NCBI RefSeq assembly: GCF_000011125.1
Contig: NC_000854.2
Span: 1,350,001-1,382,000, forward strand
Direction: 5' to 3'
DNA from: Aeropyrum pernix K1
GTDB lineage: Archaea > Thermoproteota > Thermoprotei_A > Sulfolobales > Acidilobaceae
Length of the DNA: 32,000 nt
Shown: positions 1 to 8,976 of the stretch, one piece after another
How positions within the stretch are numbered: the stretch's first letter is position 1
How the letters are laid out: every line of letters begins with the position of its first letter
Translations under genes and position numbers: made by a program
The notes under the pieces: generated by a model
The model's database searches: none
The model's input: only the letters and a program-made list of their open reading frames with translations
Told to the model about the DNA's origin: nothing

Positions 1-1
1 C

Positions 2-136
2 CTCGAGAACAGGCTGCTCAGAGCAGCTATGGTGCTTTTCTCCGCACTGTCTGTTACCCTGAACCCCCTGGTAGTGGCTCTAGCTTTAGCTAGCTACGCC
101 ACAGCGCTAATTTATACTAGAAGATCTGTTGCGTGA
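2..136 (+). CDS. C-terminal end of a membrane protein, possibly a TRAP-TAXI permease (5' truncated by window)
   Basis: Open frame 2-136 translates to LENRLLRAAMVLFSALSVTLNPLVVALALASYATALIYTRRSVA*, hydrophobic. It sits immediately upstream of a TAXI receptor gene. Permease identity is inferred from context only. Confidence 0.5.
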   Translation, partial: LENRLLRAAMVLFSALSVTLNPLVVALALASYATALIYTRRSVA

Positions 137-290
137 GCAGGGTAATGCCCCAAGGTTGAAATTTTATGACGTTTTCAACGCTAAACTATCGGCAACTCAC
201 ATATATACTATATCATTATTCTGTATTAAATATGCCCCTCTAATCTAACCTATAATGATCCTTAACACAATGTGAAAAGGGTGGTCATGC

Positions 291-1271
291 TTGGCCATGA
301 ATCAGAGGCTAATGATTGCGGGAGCCGCCGTAGTCATAGTTATAATTTTGATAGCTGGCTATCTATTGCTCCAGGGAGGAGAGGAAGTCAGGCTGGTAAT
401 GGGTACAGGATCGCCCGGCGGGATTTACAACCCGCTGGGGTTTAAGATAGCAGAGGTTGTCTCGAAGTATAGCGATAAAGTGGAGATAGAAGCCCAGGAG
501 AGCGGAGCCAGCGTCGCTAACGCCAAGGGTATAAAAGCCGGGGACTACCAGCTGGCTATGATGCAGAGCGACGTAGCATTCTTCGCGTACAACGGAAAGC
601 TCCTGAAAGACTTCGAGGGCAACCCCGTTGAGGACCTGAGAGCCCTAGCAGCACTCTACCCAGAGCCTATACAGATAGTAGCTAGAGCCGGGGCGGGAAT
701 AGAGACGATATGGGACCTTGAGGGCAAGAGGGTTGCCGTCGGTAACCCTGGCAGCGGTCTATATGCAACCGCGTACACTATACTAAGTGCTCTAGGCCTA
801 TGGGATAAGATAGACAAGGTGGAGTTCGGCTTCGCAGAGGCTAGCAGCGCTATGAAGCAGGGCACAGTGGACGTCCTCTTCATAGTGGCTGGAGTGCCCA
901 CACCTAAGATCGAGGAGATAGCAACCCAGGTTGACGTTGTGCTCGTTAAGGTTCCAGACGACGCTATACAGAAGCTGAAGGACGCAGGCTTAGGTAATCT
1001 ATACCTGAAATACACTATACCCGCGGGCAGCTATGACTTCCAGAAGGAGGATGTGACAACGCTTACCGTCACCGCGCTACTAGTGATAGATAAGGATGTG
1101 CCAGAGGACATTGCTTACGAGATAGTTAAGACTATGTTCGAGCATCTAGACGAGATAAAGACGGTGCACGCAAGAGCTCAAGACATAAGCCTCGATAAAG
1201 CGCCTATAGTGCCTATACCACTGCACCCAGGCGCTGAAAAGTACTATAAGGAGCAGGGGGTACTATCCTAA
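291..1271 (+). CDS. TAXI family TRAP transporter solute receptor
   Basis: ORF of 326 aa with N-terminal TM/signal segment, then VRLVMGTGSPGGIYNPLGFKIAEVVSK and AGDYQLAMMQSDVAFFAYNG, typical of TAXI receptors. ATG at 297 is an alternative start. Confidence 0.9.
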   Translation: MAMNQRLMIAGAAVVIVIILIAGYLLLQGGEEVRLVMGTGSPGGIYNPLGFKIAEVVSKYSDKVEIEAQESGASVANAKGIKAGDYQLAMMQSDVAFFAYNGKLLKDFEGNPVEDLRALAALYPEPIQIVARAGAGIETIWDLEGKRVAVGNPGSGLYATAYTILSALGLWDKIDKVEFGFAEASSAMKQGTVDVLFIVAGVPTPKIEEIATQVDVVLVKVPDDAIQKLKDAGLGNLYLKYTIPAGSYDFQKEDVTTLTVTALLVIDKDVPEDIAYEIVKTMFEHLDEIKTVHARAQDISLDKAPIVPIPLHPGAEKYYKEQGVLS

Positions 1272-1307
1272 AGTTAAAAACCGAGATATAGTAAGGAAGC
1301 CTCAGAG

Positions 1308-1676
1308 TCACAAGCTCTTTTCTACAATAACATCCTTTACTCTCGATTTATCTATCAGCTTAAAGACGGGGCAGTTTTCAACCCCCTTCAAAACTGCTTC
1401 CTCGGATGCAGGTGCACGGATCCTAACGACTATATGTTCTATCTCCTCCTTGCCTTCAAGCAGCTTGTCTACGTTAACGTAAGCCTCGATAGAAACGCTC
1501 ACCTTATCGACGCCAGCATTCTCGGCAACCTTCTTACCTATACATGCTGAAAGCATTGACAGCATGAAAGAGGGGTTAAGAGTAGCCAGCTCGAACTCCC
1601 TACCTCCTTCAACAACTGCTTTCCCCTTCTCGGCGTCGACAAGCGACTTAGCTTCGAAGAACTTTATGACTGGCAT
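1308..1676 (-). CDS. OsmC-like family protein
   Basis: 122 aa with OsmC-like layout (NPSFMLSMLSACIGKKVAENAGVDKVSVSIEAYVN ... ENCPVF). Confidence 0.65.
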   Translation of the reverse strand: MPVIKFFEAKSLVDAEKGKAVVEGGREFELATLNPSFMLSMLSACIGKKVAENAGVDKVSVSIEAYVNVDKLLEGKEEIEHIVVRIRAPASEEAVLKGVENCPVFKLIDKSRVKDVIVEKSL

Positions 1677-1745
1677 CTAAGCACTCCCCCGGTAACGTGG
1701 ATATTAGGATGGGGGGTTTCAAGTCTCCCTCTTAAGGGCTAACAG

Positions 1746-2432
1746 CTAGCTCTTGCTTGGTATGAACTTGCCTAGAATGCCGGCGAATGCAGGAAGGTTT
1801 CTAGTCTGGACCCATAGATCGGCAGGACCCTCGACATCGACTACAACTCCCTCTCCGCCTAGGAAGAAGGTTTTCCAGCCTCCAAACTTTCTTATGTTCC
1901 ACTTTCCACCCTTTATTGCCACGAAGTGCCCGTTGTCAATGGTAATCTTCTCGCCAGGACCTACCCTTATATGCTCCAACGCGCCGAAACTGTTTATAAA
2001 AACGGTTCCACGGCCCTTTGCCTTTACCCAGACAAGCTCGCCCTCAGCTATAAGCCCCTTGAAACCCCTCCAGCCAACACCCACCTCTACATCTCCTATG
2101 TGGGCTAGGTAGCTTGAATCCTGTATGTAAACCTCCTCTCCCCCAAGTTCCACAGCGGCTATATCGCCGGTGACTGGGGGTGCAATCCAGACTTCGCTCT
2201 TCGACCTAGCAGTTATTATGTTGAAGAAGAGGCTCTCGCCCCCTGCAACAGCCCTCAGAAGACCACGGACTATACCTCCCCCCATGGTTGTTTTAACTTC
2301 AATATCACCTTTGTTCAGCATGTACGAACCAGACTCTACCCAGATGCTCTCACCCTCGTTAAGCTCTACTTTAAGGATAGTGAAGGCTGGCCCCTTCTCG
2401 AGAACATACTTAACCACGAGTCTATACACCAC
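1746..2432 (-). CDS. TIGR00266 / AIM24 family protein
   Basis: 228 aa; FTILKVELNEGESIWVESGSYM...IEVKTTMGGGIVRGLLRAVAGGESLFFN is typical of the family. Confidence 0.85.
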   Translation of the reverse strand: MVYRLVVKYVLEKGPAFTILKVELNEGESIWVESGSYMLNKGDIEVKTTMGGGIVRGLLRAVAGGESLFFNIITARSKSEVWIAPPVTGDIAAVELGGEEVYIQDSSYLAHIGDVEVGVGWRGFKGLIAEGELVWVKAKGRGTVFINSFGALEHIRVGPGEKITIDNGHFVAIKGGKWNIRKFGGWKTFFLGGEGVVVDVEGPADLWVQTRNLPAFAGILGKFIPSKS

Positions 2433-2523
2433 TGGTTATACTGTAGAAGGGGAGTTTATTAACGCAGGCTGTGGATTCAGCACTACAATAAAGTATTGTA
2501 TTAACTCACACAGACGGCCTATG

Positions 2524-2739
2524 CTAGCTTTCCTTCTCTTTCTCGCTACCACTGCTCTTCTTGGACTGCTGTGTCGAGGCTGCTTCGCCCTCGCCTGATA
2601 TACTGTTTCTTAGCTCCTTTACCGCTAGGCCTAGGTTGCGTGCGATCTCGGGTATTTTCGAGGGGCCGAATATTATTAATAATATGAGAAGTATTAGGAC
2701 GAGTTCTGGCACTCCAAGGCTGGGTATGCCTATTGGCAT
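2524..2739 (-). CDS. tatA: Twin-arginine translocase subunit TatA/TatE family
   Basis: 71 aa; one N-terminal TM then FGPSKIPEIARNLGLAVKELR. Confidence 0.9.
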   Translation of the reverse strand: MPIGIPSLGVPELVLILLILLIIFGPSKIPEIARNLGLAVKELRNSISGEGEAASTQQSKKSSGSEKEKES

Positions 2740-2828
2740 GCTGGCACCCCCATTATTTTCTTTACTACCCTACAGTCTATATACATTCATACTCTCATAC
2801 ACGTGGTGGCAGAGATTCTGCTAAGGGA

Positions 2829-4235
2829 CTACAGGTTTAAATATTTATATACTTCGATGGGATGGGGATACAGTCTCGTATCCTCCGATTCCTTCCTCTT
2901 TACCTCTATATAAGACTCTAGCATCTCCCTAGTGAATGCTGGCTTCAAATAGTCATTGTCGGACTCCAGCTCGTCTAGCGCCTCATCTAGGTTCCTAGGT
3001 AGCGTCTTTATACCCTTTTCTCTAAGCTCCTCAGGGCTAATCTTGTAGAGGTTGCCCTCATAGGGATCTGGCGGAGCGAGCTTCTTTTTTACACCGTCGA
3101 GTCCTGCCATAAACAGCGCCGCCAAAGCCAGGTAAGGATTGGCTGTGGGATCGGGGCTCCTTACCTCGATCCTTACAGCATCTATATTGCCAGCGGACGC
3201 AGGTATCCTAATCATAGCACTCCTGTTTCTCCAACCCCAGGCAACATAAACCGGAGCCTCATAGCCTGCTACTAGCCTGCGATACGAGTTGGTCGTGGGA
3301 GATAGAATAGCGCTTAGGCTTCGCGCGTGCTCGAGAATCCCGGCTATGAAATGCAGCGCTGTTTCCGAGAGATCACTGTCTCCATGGCCGGCGAAGAGGT
3401 TCTCACCACCTGGACTCCATAGACTCAGGTGGATGTGCATGCCGGAGCCGTTGTCGCCGAATATAGGTTTTGGCATAAATGTAGCCACCCTCCCGTCCAT
3501 GCGGGCTAAAACCTTTGAAACCCACTTGACTGTCATTATGTCATCTCCAAGTCTTGCCAAGCTCGTCCTAGATCCGATAGAGACCTCGACCTGGCTAACG
3601 GCCACCTCGTGGTGGGAGACTGCCACGTCAACTTTGAACCTCTGCAGAGTTTCTGTGAGCATAAGTCTATAGTCAAGGAGGCTGTCTGGAGGTTCTGGCA
3701 TGTGGTACGACTTCTTGACCTGGCCAAAAATGCCGTCCTGCCCGCCGGGTTGTTCCCTACTCTCAACAATGTAGCCAAGCCCCCTGGCCGGGTTTAGAAC
3801 GTCGACACCTATCTTATCGAAAATGAAGAACTCTATCTCAGCGCCAGCCTTGACCCTATAGCCCATAGACGACATTATCTTTTCAGCTGTTTCTGCTGCT
3901 AACCTCGGATCCCTCGGGCTTCTCTCACGAGTAGCGTTGTAGACAGTAGCTATAACCCTCCAAAGCCCGCTCCTCCAAGGGACGCTGACTAGGGTCTCCG
4001 GCACATGTTTTAGAAGAAGATCGCTGTCCTCTACAGGGGTGAAGCCGTAGACGCTGCTACCGTCAAATGATGCCACAAACTCCTTCTCGACGTTCCTTAG
4101 CGGAACCTCGACTTGTCTTAGGTACCCAGCTATATCTGTATAGTGAACTAGGACGCGTCCCTCCCTTTGACCGTCTTTATCTCTCTGTGGTCCGGTCTCA
4201 GGCATGTGTGCCTTCATAACAATTCTTGCAACCAA
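2829..4235 (-). CDS. glnA: Glutamine synthetase (type I-like)
   Basis: 468 aa; GAEIEFFIFD, FGDNGSGMHIHLSLW, RNRSAMIRIP and EVRSPDPTANPYLALAALFMAGLDG motifs. The true start may be an internal Met. Confidence 0.93.
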   Translation of the reverse strand: MVARIVMKAHMPETGPQRDKDGQREGRVLVHYTDIAGYLRQVEVPLRNVEKEFVASFDGSSVYGFTPVEDSDLLLKHVPETLVSVPWRSGLWRVIATVYNATRERSPRDPRLAAETAEKIMSSMGYRVKAGAEIEFFIFDKIGVDVLNPARGLGYIVESREQPGGQDGIFGQVKKSYHMPEPPDSLLDYRLMLTETLQRFKVDVAVSHHEVAVSQVEVSIGSRTSLARLGDDIMTVKWVSKVLARMDGRVATFMPKPIFGDNGSGMHIHLSLWSPGGENLFAGHGDSDLSETALHFIAGILEHARSLSAILSPTTNSYRRLVAGYEAPVYVAWGWRNRSAMIRIPASAGNIDAVRIEVRSPDPTANPYLALAALFMAGLDGVKKKLAPPDPYEGNLYKISPEELREKGIKTLPRNLDEALDELESDNDYLKPAFTREMLESYIEVKRKESEDTRLYPHPIEVYKYLNL

Positions 4236-4539
4236 ACTATTTAAACTTTTCCATAATGAACTGGTATAAAATGTTCTGAAATCAAAGAGAAATTTTTCTA
4301 AGTTTGCAGGATGTCGAAGATCCTTTCAACACAAGGTGATTAGTTGTATGGCACTGCATGTTATAAGCGTTTTGGATGCCTGTTTAGGGTTAACACGCCA
4401 AATATTGATGCTCGTGGGTGTTGCCATTCAGGAGTCATACGCTCGCGATCTGGTGTAGTGTAAAAACTTTTCCACATAGCCGCTCGAAATACCCACCTAT
4501 ATTGATCGGGGAGGAAGGGGCGCTGGAAAGGTGTAGAAG

Positions 4540-7245
4540 TTGACGGCAATAGAGAGGATAACGCTCTACAAGAGGAGTTATAGTGACGATGAGATATTGT
4601 CGATGCTAAGACCTTATGTAGCCGAGTGGTTTAGATCGACTTATGGCTCATTCACGGAGCCCCAGAGGCAGGCTATTCCTCTAGTGAAACAGGGCAAGAG
4701 CGTGTTAATCACTAGCCCTACAGGAACCGGTAAGACGCTGGCGGCATTCCTCGGCGTTATAGACGAGATACTATTCTTAATGGAGAATAGATGGGAGGAA
4801 AAAGGGATACTAGCTGTTTACGTCAGCCCCCTCCGTGCTCTAAACAACGATATCAGGAGAAACCTTGAGGAGCCGCTTAGGGGTATAGAGGAGAAGGCTC
4901 GGGAAATGGGTTTAGAGCCTCCTAGGGTGAAAGTGGCCGTCAGGACCAGTGATACGACTCCCTATGAGAAGCAGAAAATGGTTAAGGATCCGCCCCACAT
5001 ACTCATAACAACACCCGAGAGCCTGGCAGCCGCGCTTGCGGCCCCCAAGTTCAGGGAGAGGTTGTCCACTGTAAAGTGGGTAGTGTTAGACGAGATCCAC
5101 GAGCTGGCGTCCAACAAGAGGGGCGCCCACCTGATGGTGAGTGTCGAGAGGCTCGAGGAGCTTGTGAGGGAGGCTGGCGGTAAGCCTTTAAGGAGGATTG
5201 GCCTTTCTGCCACGATAGCTCCTCTAGACGTTGTAGCTAATTTCCTGGGAGGGTTTGACGATGAGGGGAGGCCTAGGGAGGTTCACATTGTTGACGCTAG
5301 ATTCGCCAAGCCCATAGATATTAAGGTTATAACTCCGGATGTAGACCTGCTGAGGGATCCTCCTGACAAGATAAATGAGGCTATATACAGGAAAATAGCG
5401 GAGCTCGTTAAGCAGCATAGGACTACTCTGATATTCACGAATACACGCAGCGCCACCGAGAGGGTTGTCCACAAGCTCAAGCAAATACTAGTTAAGGAGG
5501 GCATAGCCAGTGAAGACCAGATAGAGGCTCACCACTCCAGCCTATCTAGAAACCTGAGGCTGGACGTGGAGGAGAGGCTTAAGAGGGGGGAGCTAAAGGT
5601 TGTCGTCTCTAGCACAAGCCTCGAGCTAGGCATTGACATCGGATACATAGACCTCGTGATACTGCTCAGCAGCCCGAAGAGTGTGAGCCGCCTCCTCCAG
5701 AGGGTGGGCCGGGCTGGCCATAGGATAAGGGATGTTAGCAAAGGCCGTTTGATAGTCGTCGATAGAGATGACCTGGTAGAGTGCTCTGTCCTGGCCGACT
5801 GTGCTATGAAAAAGTTTATAGACCGTGTTAGGATTCCCATGAAGCCTCTCGACGTTCTGGCTCAGCATATAGTTGGTATGAGCATCGAGAAGAAGTGGCG
5901 CCTTGAGGATGCCTATAGGGTTGTGAAGCGGGCCTACAACTTCAAAGACCTAAGCTTCGAAGAGTTCATGTCGGTAGTCAGGTTTCTAGCAGGTAAGCAT
6001 GGTCTTGAGGGTGAAGGTGTCTACTCGAAGATATGGCTCGACGAGGAAGAGGGGTTGTTCGGTAGGAAGAAGAGTGCAAGGATGATATATCTGCTCAACG
6101 TTGGTGTCATACCGGACGAGACTAAAATTAGAGTCTATACGAGGGATGGAAAATATGTCGGAGACCTTGAAGAGGAGTTCGTGGAGATACTAGTCCCGGG
6201 AGATGTATTCGTCCTGGGAGGCAGGACCTATAGGTTCCTAAAGAGCGAAGGGCTGAGGGTGATAGTTGAGAGGGCGGATGACGCGAGGCCTACAGTACCC
6301 AGCTGGTTTAGCGAGATGCTGCCGCTAAGCTTCGACAGCGCCTTGAAAGTGGGGGAGTTCAGGAGGGTTTTCAGCGCTCTGGCTAGCAGCAATCCGAGGG
6401 CTGCTGTGGAGAAGCTTGTCAAAGAGTACTATCTGGAAGAGAGAGCAGCTGCAACTATTGTAGAGTACATTCTAGAGCAGCTGGGCTACATAGGCGTGGT
6501 TCCCTCCGATAAGCTAGTGTTAATAGAGTATTTCCCCTACGAAGATGGATGGGGGATAGTGTTTCACACGCTTTTCGGGAGAAGGGTTAACGATGCTCTA
6601 TCGAGAGCCTACGCCGTAGCCCTGTCGCGCAGGATCGGCCTCCCTGTTAGGGTGGCTGTTACAGATAACGGATTCATGCTAACCGTATCAGAAGCCGGTA
6701 AACCTGATGCGAGCCTCCTGGAGAAGCTAATACGCGATGTAACGCCCGAGAACATAAGAGGAATACTGGAGGAGGCTATATCGAGGACAGAGCTTATGAA
6801 GAGGAGGTTTAAGCATGTTGCAGCAAGGATGTTTATAGTGTTGAGGAGGTACAAGGGGAAGGAGGTAAGTCCTGAAAGGCTTCAGCTGAACAGCCAGAAG
6901 CTATTAGAAGTCTTCCTTGAGGAGATGAAAGATAGCCCGCCCATAAGAGAGACGTTCAGGGAGATACTGGAAGACTACATGGATATCGGTGCGGCGGGTA
7001 AAGTGCTTGAGTGGATTAGGAAGGGCGAAATAGAAATCGTGATTAAAGGACCCCTACCTTATCCCTCCCCTATGGCGCACAGCATAGTTGTAAGAGGCTA
7101 CAGCGACGTTGTACTCATGGAGGATAGGAGGAAAATGCTGATGATACTAAGGGAGAAGGTTCTGGAGTATATTAGGAAGGGCAGAGCCGCGCCTACATGG
7201 GTGGGAGGAGATGGTAAGGGGCGGCTACTCAAAGAAGAACAGTGA
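4540..7245 (+). CDS. lhr: Lhr-type large DEAD/DEAH (SF2) helicase
   Basis: 901 aa; SPTGTGKT (Walker A), DEIHEL (Walker B), LSATIAPL (motif III), SSTSLELGIDIG and QRVGRAGHR, with long Lhr-core C-terminus. Confidence 0.92.
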   Translation: MTAIERITLYKRSYSDDEILSMLRPYVAEWFRSTYGSFTEPQRQAIPLVKQGKSVLITSPTGTGKTLAAFLGVIDEILFLMENRWEEKGILAVYVSPLRALNNDIRRNLEEPLRGIEEKAREMGLEPPRVKVAVRTSDTTPYEKQKMVKDPPHILITTPESLAAALAAPKFRERLSTVKWVVLDEIHELASNKRGAHLMVSVERLEELVREAGGKPLRRIGLSATIAPLDVVANFLGGFDDEGRPREVHIVDARFAKPIDIKVITPDVDLLRDPPDKINEAIYRKIAELVKQHRTTLIFTNTRSATERVVHKLKQILVKEGIASEDQIEAHHSSLSRNLRLDVEERLKRGELKVVVSSTSLELGIDIGYIDLVILLSSPKSVSRLLQRVGRAGHRIRDVSKGRLIVVDRDDLVECSVLADCAMKKFIDRVRIPMKPLDVLAQHIVGMSIEKKWRLEDAYRVVKRAYNFKDLSFEEFMSVVRFLAGKHGLEGEGVYSKIWLDEEEGLFGRKKSARMIYLLNVGVIPDETKIRVYTRDGKYVGDLEEEFVEILVPGDVFVLGGRTYRFLKSEGLRVIVERADDARPTVPSWFSEMLPLSFDSALKVGEFRRVFSALASSNPRAAVEKLVKEYYLEERAAATIVEYILEQLGYIGVVPSDKLVLIEYFPYEDGWGIVFHTLFGRRVNDALSRAYAVALSRRIGLPVRVAVTDNGFMLTVSEAGKPDASLLEKLIRDVTPENIRGILEEAISRTELMKRRFKHVAARMFIVLRRYKGKEVSPERLQLNSQKLLEVFLEEMKDSPPIRETFREILEDYMDIGAAGKVLEWIRKGEIEIVIKGPLPYPSPMAHSIVVRGYSDVVLMEDRRKMLMILREKVLEYIRKGRAAPTWVGGDGKGRLLKEEQ

Positions 7246-7507
7246 ACGTAGACATAGGTGGAGAACAGAGCTTTTAAAACCCGTTCACAGCGAGAAAGCC
7301 TGTGTCCATACTAGAATGGAGGTTGACGAGGACGGTGAGGATATAGAGGTTTACGACATAAGCTGTTAAAACTCTAGTTAACACAATATCCTGAAGCTGG
7401 ACGGAGCAGCGGGATGAAGACTACTCCCCAGACCGAGGCAAGTCTCGAGATGACGACAATTCCTTTAGCAGACCGCGTCACCACGGGAACCAAGCTTTAA
7501 AACAAGG

Positions 7508-7640
7508 GTGTGACTGGTGTGACTGCAAATCTACTGTAACGCGGGCGTCCTCAGCGTCTAGCAGACTCGTCACAACCCTCCCCAGCTAGGGAGGGCTCGA
7601 CTCCCGGCTACTCAGCATCGGCTTTTAATCCGAAGGGATT
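7508..7640 (+). ncRNA. Possible structured RNA or structured leader region (hypothesis)
   Basis: TATA-like GCTTTAAAAC at about 7493-7502; stem 7516-7523/7569-7577 with one bulged A; perfect 7-bp hairpin 7576-7582/7589-7595; competing 5-bp hairpin 7589-7593/7601-7605. Not matched to any known RNA class. Confidence 0.2.
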
Positions 7641-7674
7641 TTACAGCGTATTCCGGTTTTTCCGAATAGTAATA

Positions 7675-7695
7675 GTTAAAGGCTGAACGTTTAAC
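7675..7695. promoter_or_regulatory. Inverted repeat GTTAAA-N9-TTTAAC upstream of the 7714 ORF
   Basis: Perfect 6-bp arms at 7675-7680 and 7690-7695. The left arm overlaps a TTAAA TATA-like element at leaderless-promoter distance from the ATG at 7714. Confidence 0.4.
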
Positions 7696-7713
7696 GATTC
7701 AAGTAGGTGCTGT

Positions 7714-8931
7714 ATGAAAATGGCTTGGAGCAAGAGGGCTTTTAAGCTACTGTTGCTAGCGTGGGCTGCCACAGCTTTACTCCTTTCAGGAGCTTATCCT
7801 ATTAAGGTCCATGCTCTTTCTGACGAGGTCGCCGTAGAATATTCTGTAGAGGATAACATACTGTCAGTCAGCAGCTACTTCTACACTGTGAGGATAGATC
7901 TCGAGACAGGGAGGTTCATTTATGTTGATGTCAGAACAGTTGATGGCGGGTCTCGGACTCTCCTAGACGCTGGAGCTGGTATGGAAGCTTACCTACTGTC
8001 CGTCGGTGCCGAGGGTTTGGGGTCTCCAGTCGGAGAGTGGGAGGTGGCGTCTACATCAGAGTCCGATACTTTCTCCCTAATAACCTTAAGATCGAGCGTC
8101 GACAACGCGACAGTTGAAGCCCGTTTAACTTTCTACGCTTACAAACCGCAGATTGATATTGATATTGATATAATAAATGAGGGTGAAGAGAGCGTTGAGT
8201 TACAGAGCCCCTTCGGAGGTCCTGCCCTCGTTTTCGCTTCCAGCGTAGAGGAGGGATCCGCCTTTAAGACCGCCTATACCATCGTTGGAGAAGGTGGTGT
8301 GAAAGTAGAATCGGCCGATCTAGAGAGTCAGGCTACATTCTCCGGTATAGAGAGCATAGTTGTTGTCACAGAGTATCAGGGAGAACCTAGGTTACTACTC
8401 GGCCTCAAGGGGGTTAGTGGAGACACTATAGTTGTGGTAGACCCTGCTTATCAGATCCCAACAGGCGAGGGGGAAACGGCAACACAGCTCACATTGGTGC
8501 TGGGCCTTCTAAAACACGTTTTCGAGCCGGGCTCTGGAGCGTCGTTCGAAGCATCCCTCATACTTTCAGTCTACGACGCCTACACTGTAATCTCGACCGG
8601 CGTGTTCGACGAGGTATCTAGCATCTACCCGGACATTAAGGCAAGCGTCCCCACCGGGTTTGGGTTTGAAAAGAGGATAGCCGATCTAAACAGCAGGGTA
8701 GAGACGCTCAGGAACAGTCTAGATAGTCTTAGGAGCGAGAATGAAGAGCTGAAGAGGAAGCTAGACGAGCTTCAGGGTAGAGACGACTACTGGAACGCCA
8801 AAATTACTGAGCTAGAGGAAGAGCTACAGTTCTACAAAATAAGGTCCGAAAGGAACGGCATCCTAGCGCTCCTGGCATTCATAGCGGGCGCTGTGATAAG
8901 CGCTGCGGCAGTCTACACAGTAAAAAGATAA
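7714..8931 (+). CDS. Secreted, C-terminally anchored coiled-coil surface protein (uncharacterised; SlaB-like architecture)
   Basis: 405 aa: N-terminal signal-like hydrophobic segment, beta-rich ectodomain, heptad-like LNSRVETLRNSLDSLRSENEELKRKLDELQGR...ITELEEELQFYK, then C-terminal TM LLALLAFIAGAVISAAAVYTVKR-like (GILALLAFIAGAVISAAAVYTVKR). Confidence 0.75.
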   Translation: MKMAWSKRAFKLLLLAWAATALLLSGAYPIKVHALSDEVAVEYSVEDNILSVSSYFYTVRIDLETGRFIYVDVRTVDGGSRTLLDAGAGMEAYLLSVGAEGLGSPVGEWEVASTSESDTFSLITLRSSVDNATVEARLTFYAYKPQIDIDIDIINEGEESVELQSPFGGPALVFASSVEEGSAFKTAYTIVGEGGVKVESADLESQATFSGIESIVVVTEYQGEPRLLLGLKGVSGDTIVVVDPAYQIPTGEGETATQLTLVLGLLKHVFEPGSGASFEASLILSVYDAYTVISTGVFDEVSSIYPDIKASVPTGFGFEKRIADLNSRVETLRNSLDSLRSENEELKRKLDELQGRDDYWNAKITELEEELQFYKIRSERNGILALLAFIAGAVISAAAVYTVKR

Positions 8932-8976
8932 GGATTGAAGCTGTGTATGGGCGTTACGTCTGCTTTCCCTCGACAC

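Noticed and set aside
1753-2598. Overlapping ORFs opposite and alongside the AIM24-like and tatA genes
   Set aside because: Low-complexity translations with no recognisable domain; the genuine minus-strand genes explain the region.
7411-7480. C/D box sRNA candidate (GGATGAAG and AGATGACG motifs)
   Set aside because: No CTGA D box in the right position and no consensus RTGATGA; the motif match is too weak.
7594-7606. tRNA T-arm-like string GGCTCGACTCCCGG
   Set aside because: The only 5-bp stem around it gives loop GGCTCGA, not a T-loop, and no acceptor, D or anticodon arms can be drawn.
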